Assembly: GCA_024639325.1 (NCBI GenBank)
Contig: JAHEIO010000004.1
Coordinates: forward strand, 8,801 to 72,800
Reading direction: 5' to 3'
Source of the DNA: Gammaproteobacteria bacterium
GTDB lineage: Bacteria > Pseudomonadota > Gammaproteobacteria > Arenicellales > JAANXG01
Length of the DNA: 64,000 nucleotides
Under the pieces are notes generated by a model. It saw only the letters and a list, made by a program, of their open reading frames with translations, did not search any database and was not told the DNA's origin. Made by a program: the position numbers and the translations under genes. Positions 1 to 9,976 of this stretch are shown here, piece by piece. Numbering within the stretch: position 1 is the first letter of the stretch; each line of letters begins with the position of its first letter.

Positions 1-933
1 ATGAATCGCCGAGGCTACGCCCCCGTACTCTATTGCGCAGCTTGCGGATGGCAGGCGCAGTGTCTGCACTGTGACACCCGGATGGTCTTCCACAAAAGGG
101 AAAACTCGCTGCGATGCCATCACTGCGGCTATATACAGATAGCCTCGATGTCCTGCCCCGCCTGCGCGGGCACTGAGATGCTCCCTCTGGGCGAAGGAAC
201 GCAGCGCCTGGAAACGCACCTGCGGGAACTGTTCCCAGACGCGAGAATAGTCAGAATCGACCGGGACAGCACTCGGCGAAAAGGGGAGCTCGCTCACAAG
301 CTTACCCAGGGAGCCACCGGGGCCGCCGATATCCTGATCGGAACACAGCTGCTGTCCAAGGGGCATCATTTCCCCAAGGTGACCCTGGTCGGCATCATCG
401 ATGCCGACCAGGGCCTTTACAGCGTGGACTTCCGTGCTACCGAATACCTATTCCAGCAGATTATTCAGGTCGCGGGCCGTGCGGGCCGCGCCGACAGTCC
501 TGGCCAGGTGCTGATTCAGACAGTACACCCGGAACATCCCCACTTCGAATTACTGCGTGAACATGATTACGAAGGATTTACGGCCCTGGCCATGAACGAG
601 AGGAGTCTCGCTCAGGCGCCCCCATTCTCGCATTTCATCCTGATCCGCGCGGAAGCGACAAAGCCGGGTATGGGATTGTGCTTCCTGGGACAGGCCAGAA
701 ACATAGCGGCGGCTGTGGAAAACGAACTTCGAACGGGAATCGAGATCATGGAGCCGGTGCCCTCTCCGATGGAAAAACGAGCGGGGCGCTATCGCGCCCA
801 GCTGCTCTTGAGCGGGCGGAACCGAACGGCCGTGCATCGCTTTCTGGATAGCCTAGTCGCCCAGCTGGACGCACATCGACTGGCCAGGAATGTGCGCTGG
901 TCCATTGATGTTGATCCCATGGAAATGTACTGA
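1..933 (+). CDS. priA: Primosomal replication-restart helicase PriA, C-terminal part (5' end lies outside the window)
   Basis: ORF is open from base 1. It has Cys-rich zinc motifs (CAACGWQAQCLHCDTRMVFH, CHHCGY, CPACAG) followed by helicase C-terminal motifs (ILIGTQLLSKGHHFP, VAGRAGR). Confidence 0.9.
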   Translation: MNRRGYAPVLYCAACGWQAQCLHCDTRMVFHKRENSLRCHHCGYIQIASMSCPACAGTEMLPLGEGTQRLETHLRELFPDARIVRIDRDSTRRKGELAHKLTQGATGAADILIGTQLLSKGHHFPKVTLVGIIDADQGLYSVDFRATEYLFQQIIQVAGRAGRADSPGQVLIQTVHPEHPHFELLREHDYEGFTALAMNERSLAQAPPFSHFILIRAEATKPGMGLCFLGQARNIAAAVENELRTGIEIMEPVPSPMEKRAGRYRAQLLLSGRNRTAVHRFLDSLVAQLDAHRLARNVRWSIDVDPMEMY

Positions 934-934
934 C

Positions 935-1408
935 GTGGATAACCACGCGCTTCGCGACAAGATCCTGATCAACCTGCTGCTGATACTGGCGGTCGCCGTG
1001 TTCGCAATCGGGATCTGGGCACCCATTCTGACGCTGAAAAAGCTCATTTTCATGAGCAACACCTTCTCCGTCATATCGGGTATTTCGCAGCTACTTGATG
1101 ACCGTCAGTACGGCCTGTTCGTTCTCATCGCCGGCTTTACATTGTTGCTGCCCGTGGTAAAGATGGTAGTACTATTCGCCGCATTGAACGGCAGGCATAA
1201 TCTGGAATCCCGGCGGCGCTATGTGGACTGGCTGTCGGTGCTGGGTAAATGGTCGATGCTCGACGTATTCGTCGTGGCGGTGCTGATCGCCAGCGTCAAG
1301 CTGGGATCCATCGCCAAAATTGAAGTGCATTACGGACTGTACGTGTTCGCCGCCGCGGTACTGATTATGATGGTGAGCACGCATCTAATACGCCTCCGAA
1401 TGAAATAA
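935..1408 (+). CDS. PqiA-like (paraquat-inducible protein A family) integral membrane protein, single-domain form
   Basis: An in-frame GTG at 935 lies 1 nt after the priA stop; the ORF-track start at 890 would overlap priA. The protein has several hydrophobic helices, and the LLLPVVKMVVLF...LGKWSMLDVFVVAVL pattern is typical of the PqiA domain. Confidence 0.55.
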   Translation: MDNHALRDKILINLLLILAVAVFAIGIWAPILTLKKLIFMSNTFSVISGISQLLDDRQYGLFVLIAGFTLLLPVVKMVVLFAALNGRHNLESRRRYVDWLSVLGKWSMLDVFVVAVLIASVKLGSIAKIEVHYGLYVFAAAVLIMMVSTHLIRLRMK

Positions 1409-1435
1409 CTCCCCTAGGAGCCTGTCCGAGCATTC

Positions 1436-1453
1436 ATGCGCCTAGCCCGCATA
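1436..1453. repeat. Degenerate copy of the short palindromic intergenic motif (ATGCGCCTAGCCCGCAT)
   Basis: Resembles the perfect palindrome at 4950-4965 and the copy at 15245-15258. It sits 28 nt after the stop of a plus-strand gene. Confidence 0.4.
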
Positions 1454-1522
1454 TCTGAAGATCATTGATTATTTTTGGCCGCAAACGGTTAGAATCACCA
1501 TCCTTTTGACCCGTATATCGCA

Positions 1523-3265
1523 GTGATTACGCACTTACAGGAAAACTTCTCCAGGGCAATACAGGAACTCAAGCAGGCCGGAGTGATTCCCAACGAACTG
1601 CCCACCGAGGTGAAATTCGATCGGCCCCGGCAGAAGTCCCACGGCGATATGGCGACAAACGTGGCGCTGGGTCTGGCCAAGGCGGCAAAGCGAAATCCAC
1701 GGGATCTGGCGCAACTCATCATCGCCGCGCTGCCACCGTCAGACCGGGTGGAGAAACTCGAAATCGCCGGTCCGGGCTTCATCAACGTTTTTCTGAAACC
1801 GGCATCGCAATTCGAGATCCTGAAGACCATCCGCGAGCAGGCGCAATACTACGGGAACTCCGACACCGGTCAGGGTGAGACCGTACTGATCGAGTTCGTA
1901 TCAGCCAATCCAACGGGTCCACTGCATGTCGGACACGGGCGGGGGGCCGCCTACGGGGACGCCCTGGCGCGGGTCATGCGCCGGGCCGGATATTCCGTGC
2001 AAACGGAATATTACGTCAACGACGCGGGCAGGCAGATGGATATCCTGGCCGTCAGCGTCTGGCTAAGGTATCTGGAACTTTGTGGCGAGAAGTTCGAGTT
2101 TCCCGACAACTGCTATAAGGGCGACTATATCTGGGATATTGCCGCCACGGTTCACCGCGAACAAGGCGACCGATACCGGCACCCCGCAAAGGACGTGCTT
2201 CAGGAAGCGTCTTCTCCAGATCCCGAACAGTCGCTCGACATGCTCACCGGGACTTTACGGTCCCGACTGGGCACCGATGGATTCGAGCGCTTCCTTCGAA
2301 CCGCCCTAAACACGCTGGTGGACGACATCAAAAGTGATCTTTCCGAATTCAGGGTCGAATTCGATCGCTGGTTTTCGGAGCAATCCCTCTACGACGGAAA
2401 AACCGTAGAGCAAACCATTGACAAGCTGCGTTCAGCAGACCACATCTATAAAAAAGACGGCGCGCTGTGGTTCCGTGCCAGCGCATTCGGAGACGAGAAA
2501 GACAGGGTGGTCGTTCGGGAGAACGGTGTCCCCACATACTTCGCCTCGGATATTGCCTATCATCACGACAAGTTTACACGGGGATTTCACAAACTTATTG
2601 ACGTATGGGGAGCCGACCACCACGGCTACATCGTACGGGTAAAGGGAACACTGGAAGCCCTGGATCACAGTCCCGAAAATTTCATCGTAGCGCTGGTGCA
2701 GTTTGCGACGCTGTATAGAGGTGGCGAGAAGGTATCCATGTCCACCCGGAGCGGCGAATTCGTCACATTGAGGGAATTGCGCCAGGAGGTCGGGACCGAT
2801 GCGGCCCGTTTTTTTTACGCGCAGCGCAAATCCGACCAGCATCTCGACTTCGACCTGGACCTGGCGAAATCCCGGTCGAATGATAACCCGGTTTACTATG
2901 TTCAGTATGCCCATGCCAGAGTGAGCAGCGTTTTCAGGCAAGCAAAAGAACGCAACATCGACACCAGCGGTCTGGACAGCGCCAATCTGGATCTGCTCGT
3001 CGAAGAAAGTGAAAAGGAACTTGCCCGCGTGCTTTCCGATTTCCCGGAAACCGTCGCCGCCGCAGCGCGCAAGCTGGAGCCGCATCACATCGTCTACTAC
3101 CTTCGCGAGGTGGCGAATCGGCTGCATACCTACTACAACGCCCACAACGTACTCGGTGCCGTGAAGGATCTTCGCAGCGCACGTTTGTGCCTGCTCGATG
3201 CGACCCGGCAGGTCGTAGCCAACGGCCTGGATGTCCTGGGCGTCAGCGCACCCGAAAAAATGTGA
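1523..3265 (+). CDS. argS: Arginyl-tRNA synthetase
   Basis: 580 aa with a class I HIGH-type motif (ANPTGPLHVGHGRG), a KMSKS-like MSTRSG motif and a C-terminal anticodon-binding region ending APEKM. Confidence 0.97.
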   Translation: MITHLQENFSRAIQELKQAGVIPNELPTEVKFDRPRQKSHGDMATNVALGLAKAAKRNPRDLAQLIIAALPPSDRVEKLEIAGPGFINVFLKPASQFEILKTIREQAQYYGNSDTGQGETVLIEFVSANPTGPLHVGHGRGAAYGDALARVMRRAGYSVQTEYYVNDAGRQMDILAVSVWLRYLELCGEKFEFPDNCYKGDYIWDIAATVHREQGDRYRHPAKDVLQEASSPDPEQSLDMLTGTLRSRLGTDGFERFLRTALNTLVDDIKSDLSEFRVEFDRWFSEQSLYDGKTVEQTIDKLRSADHIYKKDGALWFRASAFGDEKDRVVVRENGVPTYFASDIAYHHDKFTRGFHKLIDVWGADHHGYIVRVKGTLEALDHSPENFIVALVQFATLYRGGEKVSMSTRSGEFVTLRELRQEVGTDAARFFYAQRKSDQHLDFDLDLAKSRSNDNPVYYVQYAHARVSSVFRQAKERNIDTSGLDSANLDLLVEESEKELARVLSDFPETVAAAARKLEPHHIVYYLREVANRLHTYYNAHNVLGAVKDLRSARLCLLDATRQVVANGLDVLGVSAPEKM

Positions 3266-3277
3266 CTGCCCATCGAG

Positions 3278-3868
3278 ATGGCCCAGGCTGCTCGCAGAAA
3301 GAAGTCTCGCAAAAAGTCGACTCGCAACAGGGGCGGGAACTCCTGGGGGATGCTTATCATAGGACTGATTTCAGGATTGGTGCTGGCTGTCCTGATCCTG
3401 GGAACCCAGGATGGAAGCAAGTCGGAATTCGGCAGCGGCCTGAAGACCTTGTTCGAGCGGACGTCGGCAACGACTCAGAAAAAAGCGGAAGCAAGCAAGA
3501 CGGTTGGACAGCAGGCGCCCCGGCCCAAACTCGACTTTTACACCGTCCTGCCGAAGATCGAGCGAATAATCCCCGATGACCCGGCGCCGTCGCCGGTCGA
3601 CGAGGCTGTAAAGCAGAATAAAGACCGGAAGTCATGGTACGTACTGCAAGTAGCCTCCTATCAGAGCTTCAACGATGCCGATCGACTCAAGGCCCAGTTG
3701 ACAATCTCTGGCTTCGATGCCGTCATCCAGAAAGTCACGGTTGAAGACAAAGAGTACTTCAGGGTGCGGCTTGGCCCCTACGAGAGCCAGCGCAAACTCA
3801 AGAATGTAAAGCAGGATCTGGGGGAGCTCGGTTACGCGGGCATATCACTCAAGATTACGGAGCCGTAG
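3278..3868 (+). CDS. SPOR-domain cell-division/peptidoglycan-binding protein (FtsN/DedD-like)
   Basis: Basic N-terminus, one TM helix (MLIIGLISGLVLAVLILG) and a C-terminal SPOR-like repeat (WYVLQVASYQSFNDADRLKAQL...YFRVRLGPY). Confidence 0.8.
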   Translation: MAQAARRKKSRKKSTRNRGGNSWGMLIIGLISGLVLAVLILGTQDGSKSEFGSGLKTLFERTSATTQKKAEASKTVGQQAPRPKLDFYTVLPKIERIIPDDPAPSPVDEAVKQNKDRKSWYVLQVASYQSFNDADRLKAQLTISGFDAVIQKVTVEDKEYFRVRLGPYESQRKLKNVKQDLGELGYAGISLKITEP

Positions 3869-3933
3869 TAGTCAGTCCGCGTCACCATGCTTCTGCACGC
3901 TGTGCAACATCCACTATAACAGAAGGGTCGTTT

Positions 3934-4905
3934 ATGACTGACAAGAGAGTAATCTTCCTGTTCCCGGGACAGGGATCCCAGTACCAAGGTATCGGCAGCG
4001 ATATAGCCGCCAGGTTCGAGTCGGCGCGCAGGACCTATGAAGAAGCAAGCGACACCCTTGGATACGACATATCAAAGCTTTCCTTCGAGGATCCAGCCGG
4101 GCAAATCAATTTGACCCGCTTCACCCAGCCCGTACTCCTAACCCACCATATGGCTTGTCTGCGGGCGTATCAGGAACTCGCCGATGAACCCATAATTCCC
4201 CACGCTGCCGCAGGACACAGCCTCGGCGAGTACTCCGCCCTTGTCGTCGCTAACGCGCTGTCATTCCCAAGCGCGCTGAACCTGGTCAAACAACGCGGTG
4301 AACTGATGGGTGAATATGGGGAAGGGGAAATGTCGGCGATGCCGGTAGATCTGGAAACCGCGAAGAGCTGGGCTGACCGTTATTTTTGCGGCATCGGCGG
4401 CATCAACCTACCGGCGCAAACGGTTGTCGCCGGAGCGGCCCATGATCTGGATGCGCTGGAATCAGACTTCGTCGCGGAGAATCCGCGCAAACGTTCGGTT
4501 AGACTAAAAACGGAGGGTGCGTTCCACACTTACTACATGGTGGAAGCAGCCCGCCGTTTTCGCGGCGCACTGGAATCCGCGGACTTGACCGAACCCGGCA
4601 TCCGCGTCCTATCGAACTATGCCGGGCGGTATCACGAACAGGAGCCTCGACTCATCAAGGCGCACCTCTTTTTTCAGCTATTTCATCCCGTAAACTGGAT
4701 AGGGTGTATCCGTTCGGCGCTTGCCGACGGCATCAACACGTTTATGGAATTCGGCGGCGGGATCGGCAAAGGTGAGGTCCCGGCCGACAAGCGGCCCAAT
4801 CTGGAGGGCATGATTAAAAAAGCGACCCGGGGAGCGGAAATCGAAATCGAGTATTTTTCCGCAATAAACGTCGATAGCGTAGAGGCGGCGGCTCGCCTCG
4901 GCTGA
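3934..4905 (+). CDS. Acyl-carrier-protein S-malonyltransferase-like acyltransferase (FabD/AT-domain family), stand-alone
   Basis: Contains FPGQGSQ, the GHSLGEYSA active-site serine motif and a GAFH motif of PKS/FAS acyltransferase domains. It is not in a fabH-fabG-acpP context. Confidence 0.7.
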   Translation: MTDKRVIFLFPGQGSQYQGIGSDIAARFESARRTYEEASDTLGYDISKLSFEDPAGQINLTRFTQPVLLTHHMACLRAYQELADEPIIPHAAAGHSLGEYSALVVANALSFPSALNLVKQRGELMGEYGEGEMSAMPVDLETAKSWADRYFCGIGGINLPAQTVVAGAAHDLDALESDFVAENPRKRSVRLKTEGAFHTYYMVEAARRFRGALESADLTEPGIRVLSNYAGRYHEQEPRLIKAHLFFQLFHPVNWIGCIRSALADGINTFMEFGGGIGKGEVPADKRPNLEGMIKKATRGAEIEIEYFSAINVDSVEAAARLG

Positions 4906-4949
4906 TCCCGACCCTCGGGCCGGGTGGACAGCTTGCAGCCGTTACGCAA

Positions 4950-4965
4950 TGCGGGCTAGCCCGCA
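4950..4965. repeat. Perfect 16-bp palindrome TGCGGGCTAGCCCGCA between convergent genes
   Basis: Read directly from the sequence. It could form a GC stem of 5-6 bp with a CTAG loop. Related copies occur at 1436-1453 and 15245-15258. Confidence 0.6.
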
Positions 4966-4977
4966 CCCGGGTGCGCT

Positions 4978-5382
4978 TCACGCCTGCTCGATCTCGATCA
5001 GAGTGCCGAGAAAGTCCTTTGGATGCAGGAACAATACCGGTTTGCCGTGGGCGCCGATCTTCGGCTCGCCGTTACCCAGAACCCGTGCACCACGTTCCGT
5101 CAGGTGCTGTTTCGCGGCCGATATGTCCTCTACTTCATAGCACAGATGATGCACGCCGCCGTCGGGGTTGCGCTCGAGGTGCTTCCGGATCGGCGACGCG
5201 TCCCCCAGCGGGTATAACAGTTCGATTTTTGTGTTGGGCAGCTCCACGAAAACCGTAGTGACGCCGTGTTCAGGCATGTCTTTTGGCTCCGACACCCTGG
5301 CGCCCAGGGTTTCCGCATAAGTTGCAGCCGCCGCTGCCAGATCCGGCACTACTATTGCCACGTGATTCAGTTTGCCTATCAT
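4978..5382 (-). CDS. mce: Methylmalonyl-CoA epimerase (VOC/glyoxalase fold)
   Basis: 134 aa with MIGKLNHVAIVVPDL and HHLCYEVEDI. It has a 4-nt ATGA overlap with meaB upstream and is the last gene of the mutase/carboxylase operon. Confidence 0.85.
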   Translation of the reverse strand: MIGKLNHVAIVVPDLAAAAATYAETLGARVSEPKDMPEHGVTTVFVELPNTKIELLYPLGDASPIRKHLERNPDGGVHHLCYEVEDISAAKQHLTERGARVLGNGEPKIGAHGKPVLFLHPKDFLGTLIEIEQA

Positions 5383-6371
5383 GGGACCTCCGCATTCATG
5401 AACAAATCGATTAGTTTCTCTGCCGCTACCGTTGCTGGTATCTTCAGCCCGACCACATCATTCTCCAGTCTATCGACACATCGAGCCAGATCGGGGCTCT
5501 GCCGCATTCTGCCAAGGAGCAGATCGGACACTTCTTCCCACAGCCAGGCCCTGGCCTGTTGGCCGCGCCGCATCGACAAGATGTCGCTGTGACGAATGAT
5601 ATCGCGATAACGCTGCACTGTGGACCAGACTTCCTCGATTCCCAGACCTTCCACAGCCGAAACGGTATTGGCCACCACGGTCCAGTCGGCAGTGCGCGGT
5701 TTGAGAAGCTGCAGCGCGTGCCGGTAGTCGGCCGCGGTGTGCTCGGCCGCAAAGCGCAACTCTCCGTCAGCCTTGTTGATGATTATGATGTCCGCCAGTT
5801 CGGTCACTCCCCGCTTTATCCCCTGCAGATCGTCTCCGCTCCCTGGTAGCAGCAACAACATAAACATATCCGTCATCCTCGCGGCCGCCGTTTCAGATTG
5901 CCCGATACCCACGGTCTCCACCAGAATGAGATCGAAACCTGCCGCCTCACACAACAGCAGCGCGTCGCGGGTGCGCCGGTTGACCCCGCCCAGGACCCCA
6001 CCCGTGGCAGACGGCCGTATGAAGGCGTCCTCCCGGCGAGCCAGATCCTGCATCCTCGTCTTGTCACCAAGGATGGCGCCCCCGGTGACGGGTGATGACG
6101 GATCGATTGTGAGCACGGCTACACGTCGGCCCTGCTCCAGAACGTGGAGCCCGAATGCTTCGATGAAAGTAGATTTTCCAACGCCCGGTACGCCGGATAT
6201 GCCAATTCTGAATGAGGACCCGGTATAGGGCATGATCGAGGTCAAAAGGCTCAGCGCAGACTGTCGGTGGTCCGCCCGGGAGGATTCCACCAGCGTAATG
6301 GCTCGAGCCAGTGCACGGCGATCCCCCTCCCGCAGCTTACGCGCAAGCTGCTCCACATCCTGTGGATTCAC
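5379..6371 (-). CDS. meaB: Methylmalonyl-CoA mutase accessory GTPase MeaB/ArgK
   Basis: P-loop GVPGVGKST and an NKAD (NKxD) motif in 330 aa. It sits in the operon with the mutase. Confidence 0.9.
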   Translation of the reverse strand: MNPQDVEQLARKLREGDRRALARAITLVESSRADHRQSALSLLTSIMPYTGSSFRIGISGVPGVGKSTFIEAFGLHVLEQGRRVAVLTIDPSSPVTGGAILGDKTRMQDLARREDAFIRPSATGGVLGGVNRRTRDALLLCEAAGFDLILVETVGIGQSETAAARMTDMFMLLLLPGSGDDLQGIKRGVTELADIIIINKADGELRFAAEHTAADYRHALQLLKPRTADWTVVANTVSAVEGLGIEEVWSTVQRYRDIIRHSDILSMRRGQQARAWLWEEVSDLLLGRMRQSPDLARCVDRLENDVVGLKIPATVAAEKLIDLFMNAEVP

Positions 6372-6377
6372 CGGCCG

Positions 6378-8366
6378 CTACTCGAACCGGAGGATCGGTT
6401 GATCGACAACCAGGCTGTCCCCTTCCTGGCACAGGATTTTCTCTACCACGACATCTTGAGGAGCTCGCAGTACGTTTTCCATCTTCATGGCCTCCACCAC
6501 AGCCAGTTCTTCTCCGTCCTTTATCTGATCACCCTCGCGCGCCTTCAGTTGAACCAACAGGCCCGGCATGGGAGACAACAAGAATTTCGACAGGTCCGGA
6601 GGAGCCTTAACCAGCATGTGGTGGTTCAGCTCCGCCCCTTTGTTGGTCAGCACCATGACGCTGACCACCACGCCGTCATAGATCATTCTGTATTTTACGC
6701 CTTCCGGTTCGATCTGCATGCAGACCTCGTCCCCGTTGATCAACGCGCTAAACAATGGGCGGCCGATGCTCCAGTCGGTGGTGACCCTATAGGTCCGGCC
6801 CCTGTAGATCACATCGTAGCCGTGCGCCACCGGAATGATCTTAATCGGATGGTAATCGTTGCCCATTACGACGACCCGGTCCAGAGTTTGTTTCTCGGAC
6901 CCCGCCCGAGGTGTCCTCCCGCTGATCCTGTTCGCTCGAAGCCAGTGTACGTGGTGAATCGTGCCGGCCGAAACGACGAACATCGCGCTGTTGGAATCAT
7001 CGATCCCGGGGTCGCTGTAGCCCTCGGGGTACTCGTCACTGATGAAGTTAGTGCTCAGATCTCCTTCCATGAACCTGGGATGGGCCATCAAAGAATTGAG
7101 AAAGCCGATGTTGTGCGATATGCCCCTGATGTAATACTGGTTGAGCGCCTGCCTCATATACCCGATGGCTTCCTTTCGGGTACCGCCATGGGTAATCAGC
7201 TTGGCGACCATCGGATCGTAGTACATGGAGACCTCGCCGCCCTCGAAAACTCCGGTATCTACGCGAATCCTTGCGCTTTGCTGTGGAGGCTGGTACCGGA
7301 TCAGGCGTCCGGTTGACGGCAGGAAACCGCGTGCCGGATCTTCAGCGTAGACGCGTGTTTCGACCGCCCACCCGCTGAGGTGGACATCGCGTTGATCCAT
7401 CGTCAGCACCTCGCCCGCCGCGATACGAATCATGAGTTCGACTAGATCGAGGCCCGTGACCATTTCAGTCACCGGGTGCTCGACCTGCAGGCGCGTATTC
7501 ATTTCCAGAAAAAAGAAATTCTTGTCGGTGTCCACGATGAATTCGACGGTTCCCGCAGATTGATAGTCCACCGCTTTTGCCAGGCTGACCGCCTGCTCAC
7601 CCATGGCACGGCGCGTATCGGGGTCAATGAAAACCGAGGGCGCCTCCTCGATGACCTTCTGATGCCGTCTCTGAATCGAACACTCGCGTTCCCCGAGATA
7701 GAGCACTTTACCCTGACTGTCGGCAATGATCTGGATCTCGATATGCCGCGGCTGTTCGATAAACTTTTCCACGAAGACGCGGTCATCCCCGAAGCTGCTC
7801 CGCGCCTCGTTGCTCGCGCGTTCGAATCCATCCAGGCATTCCCGGTCGTCGTAGGCGACACGCATACCCTTGCCACCGCCACCGGCGCTCGCCTTCAGCA
7901 TGACGGGATAGCCGATGTCGTTGGCGATGCTGACAGCCTTTCCGGCGTCTTCGATCACACCGGTATAGCCGGGTATAGTATTCACCCCGGCCTTCTGGGC
8001 GATCTTCTTCGATTCGATTTTGTCACCCATTGCCTCTATGGCGCGGGTATTGGGTCCAATGAAAACGATGCCCTCGGCTGACAATGCCTCGGAAAACTCC
8101 TTGTTCTCGGACAGGAATCCGTATCCGGGATGGACGGCATCGGCGCCGGTTTGCTTACAGGCGGCGAGAATATTGTCGATTACCAGATAGCTCTCCGACG
8201 ATGGCGCGGGGCCGATGCCGACCGCCTCGTCTGCCTTTTCGGTATGCAGCGCGTTTTGATCGGCGTCCGAATAAACCGCAACGGTTGCTATGCCCATTTT
8301 TTGCGCAGTTCGGAATACCCGGCAGGCTATCTCGCCCCGGTTCGCAACCAGAATTTTGTTGAACAT
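6378..8366 (-). CDS. pccA: Propionyl-CoA (acyl-CoA) carboxylase alpha subunit: biotin carboxylase plus biotinyl carrier domain
   Basis: The N-terminus MFNKILVANRGEIACRV indicates a biotin carboxylase ATP-grasp domain. The C-terminal EAMKMEN motif is the biotinylation site. The gene is next to the carboxyltransferase subunit. Confidence 0.88.
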   Translation of the reverse strand: MFNKILVANRGEIACRVFRTAQKMGIATVAVYSDADQNALHTEKADEAVGIGPAPSSESYLVIDNILAACKQTGADAVHPGYGFLSENKEFSEALSAEGIVFIGPNTRAIEAMGDKIESKKIAQKAGVNTIPGYTGVIEDAGKAVSIANDIGYPVMLKASAGGGGKGMRVAYDDRECLDGFERASNEARSSFGDDRVFVEKFIEQPRHIEIQIIADSQGKVLYLGERECSIQRRHQKVIEEAPSVFIDPDTRRAMGEQAVSLAKAVDYQSAGTVEFIVDTDKNFFFLEMNTRLQVEHPVTEMVTGLDLVELMIRIAAGEVLTMDQRDVHLSGWAVETRVYAEDPARGFLPSTGRLIRYQPPQQSARIRVDTGVFEGGEVSMYYDPMVAKLITHGGTRKEAIGYMRQALNQYYIRGISHNIGFLNSLMAHPRFMEGDLSTNFISDEYPEGYSDPGIDDSNSAMFVVSAGTIHHVHWLRANRISGRTPRAGSEKQTLDRVVVMGNDYHPIKIIPVAHGYDVIYRGRTYRVTTDWSIGRPLFSALINGDEVCMQIEPEGVKYRMIYDGVVVSVMVLTNKGAELNHHMLVKAPPDLSKFLLSPMPGLLVQLKAREGDQIKDGEELAVVEAMKMENVLRAPQDVVVEKILCQEGDSLVVDQPILRFE

Positions 8367-8389
8367 GTTTTTTTATCCGGTTCCGAGGC

Positions 8390-9922
8390 TTACAGAGGGA
8401 TATTTCCGTGTTTGCGCCAGGGATTTTCCAGCTTCTTGTCTTTCAGCATAGACAGGGAGTGGCAAATACGAAGACGGGTGTCACGCGGCATAATCACGTC
8501 GTCAATGAATCCACGCCGTCCCACTATAAACGGGTTGGCGAACTTGCGCCGATACTCCTCGGTACGCGCGGTAATCTTCTCATCGTCGCCGATGTCTTTC
8601 CTGAAGATGATCTCTACCGCGCCTTTGGGGCCCATTACCGCGATCTCCGCAGAGGGCCATGCGAAATTCACGTCGCCCCGGAGATGCTTGGAGCTCATCA
8701 CATCGTAAGCACCACCGTAAGCCTTGCGCGTGATGACGGTAACCTTGGGAACGGTGGCCTCGGCGAAGGCATAAAGCAGTTTTGCGCCGTGCTTGATGAT
8801 GCCCCCATACTCCTGTGCCGTACCGGGCATAAAGCCGGGCACATCGACAAACGTCAGAACGGGAATATTGAACGCATCACAGAACCTGACAAATCGGCCC
8901 GCTTTGATCGAGGAATCGATATCCAAGCACCCTGCCAGCACCATCGGCTGATTCGCGACCACGCCGACCGTAGACCCTTCCATCCTGACGAAACCCACCA
9001 CGATGTTCTTTGCGTAATCCGGCTGCAGTTCGAAAAAGCTGTTCTCGTCAGCGACCTTGGTAATCAATTCTTTCATGTCATAAGGCATGTTGGGATCGGT
9101 CGGCACGAGGGAATCGAGCGAAGGCTCTACGCGATCCATTGGGTCGCTGGTGGGCCAGACCGGGGGGGGCTCATTGTTGTTTGCCGGCAGATAGTCGAAG
9201 AACTGGCGAAGTGACAGTAGCGCCTCAATGTCGTTGGCCAGCGCAAGGTCCGAAACGCCGGATTTGGTCGAATGCGTGATTCCGCCACCGAGTTCCTCGG
9301 CGGTGACCTCCTCATGGGTAACCGTCTTGACCACATCCGGGCCGGTTACGAACATGTAAGAACTGTCAAGAACCATGAAGATAAAATCCGTCATTGCCGG
9401 CGAATACACTGCGCCTCCGGCACACGGCCCCATGATCATGGAGATCTGGGGGATCACACCTGATGCGAGCACGTTCCTCTGGAATACGTCCGCATAGCCA
9501 CCAAGCGATGCGACGCCTTCCTGGATTCGCGCCCCGCCTGAATCGTTCAACCCGATAACCGGTGCGCCGACCTTGATGGCCTGGTCCATGATCTTGCAGA
9601 TTTTCTCCGCATGGGCCTCGGACAGGGAGCCGCCGAACACCGTGAAGTCCTGACTAAAAACGAAAACCACGCGGCCGTTGATAGTCCCGTATCCAGTAAC
9701 CACTCCATCCCCCGGAATGCGATGATCCGCCATCCCGAAATCGACGCATCGATGTTCGACGAACATGTCCCATTCCTCGAAACTTCCGTCATCGAGCAGC
9801 AGCTGGATACGTTCTCTAGCGGTTAGTTTACCCTTGCCATGCTGGCCATCGATGCGTTCCTGACCACCGCCCAGTCGGGCCGCGTTCCGCTTCTCTTCCA
9901 GTTCCCGAATGATTTCTTGCAT
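8390..9922 (-). CDS. pccB: Propionyl-CoA carboxylase beta subunit (carboxyltransferase)
   Basis: 510-aa carboxyltransferase-family sequence ([22 protein letters not shown]..., two crotonase-like halves). Context with pccA, the mutase and the epimerase supports the call. Confidence 0.88.
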   Translation of the reverse strand: MQEIIRELEEKRNAARLGGGQERIDGQHGKGKLTARERIQLLLDDGSFEEWDMFVEHRCVDFGMADHRIPGDGVVTGYGTINGRVVFVFSQDFTVFGGSLSEAHAEKICKIMDQAIKVGAPVIGLNDSGGARIQEGVASLGGYADVFQRNVLASGVIPQISMIMGPCAGGAVYSPAMTDFIFMVLDSSYMFVTGPDVVKTVTHEEVTAEELGGGITHSTKSGVSDLALANDIEALLSLRQFFDYLPANNNEPPPVWPTSDPMDRVEPSLDSLVPTDPNMPYDMKELITKVADENSFFELQPDYAKNIVVGFVRMEGSTVGVVANQPMVLAGCLDIDSSIKAGRFVRFCDAFNIPVLTFVDVPGFMPGTAQEYGGIIKHGAKLLYAFAEATVPKVTVITRKAYGGAYDVMSSKHLRGDVNFAWPSAEIAVMGPKGAVEIIFRKDIGDDEKITARTEEYRRKFANPFIVGRRGFIDDVIMPRDTRLRICHSLSMLKDKKLENPWRKHGNIPL

Positions 9923-9976
9923 ATCTACTCCCGACGGCCGTCGTTACAACGGTCCGAGATAAGGGCTTGCGTTGTG

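Noticed and set aside
6267-7316. 349-aa plus-strand ORF antisense to pccA. Similar long antisense ORFs lie opposite the mutase (11075-12412), the dikinase (18303-18989, 19326-20028, 19962-20759), the RND pump (42244-43401), pepN (48148-49524), glyS (27302-28069) and the OMF gene (38261-39184).
   Set aside because: They lie entirely inside strongly supported genes on the other strand. They are Arg/Pro/His-rich with no motifs, typical of shadow ORFs in GC-rich DNA.
9162-9169. G8 runs in pccB (9162-9169) and plsC (25281-25288) as possible phase-variation tracts
   Set aside because: They simply encode Pro-Pro-Pro or Pro-Pro on the coding strand of essential housekeeping genes. They are shorter than the G10 in the pump gene, which I list separately with low interest.
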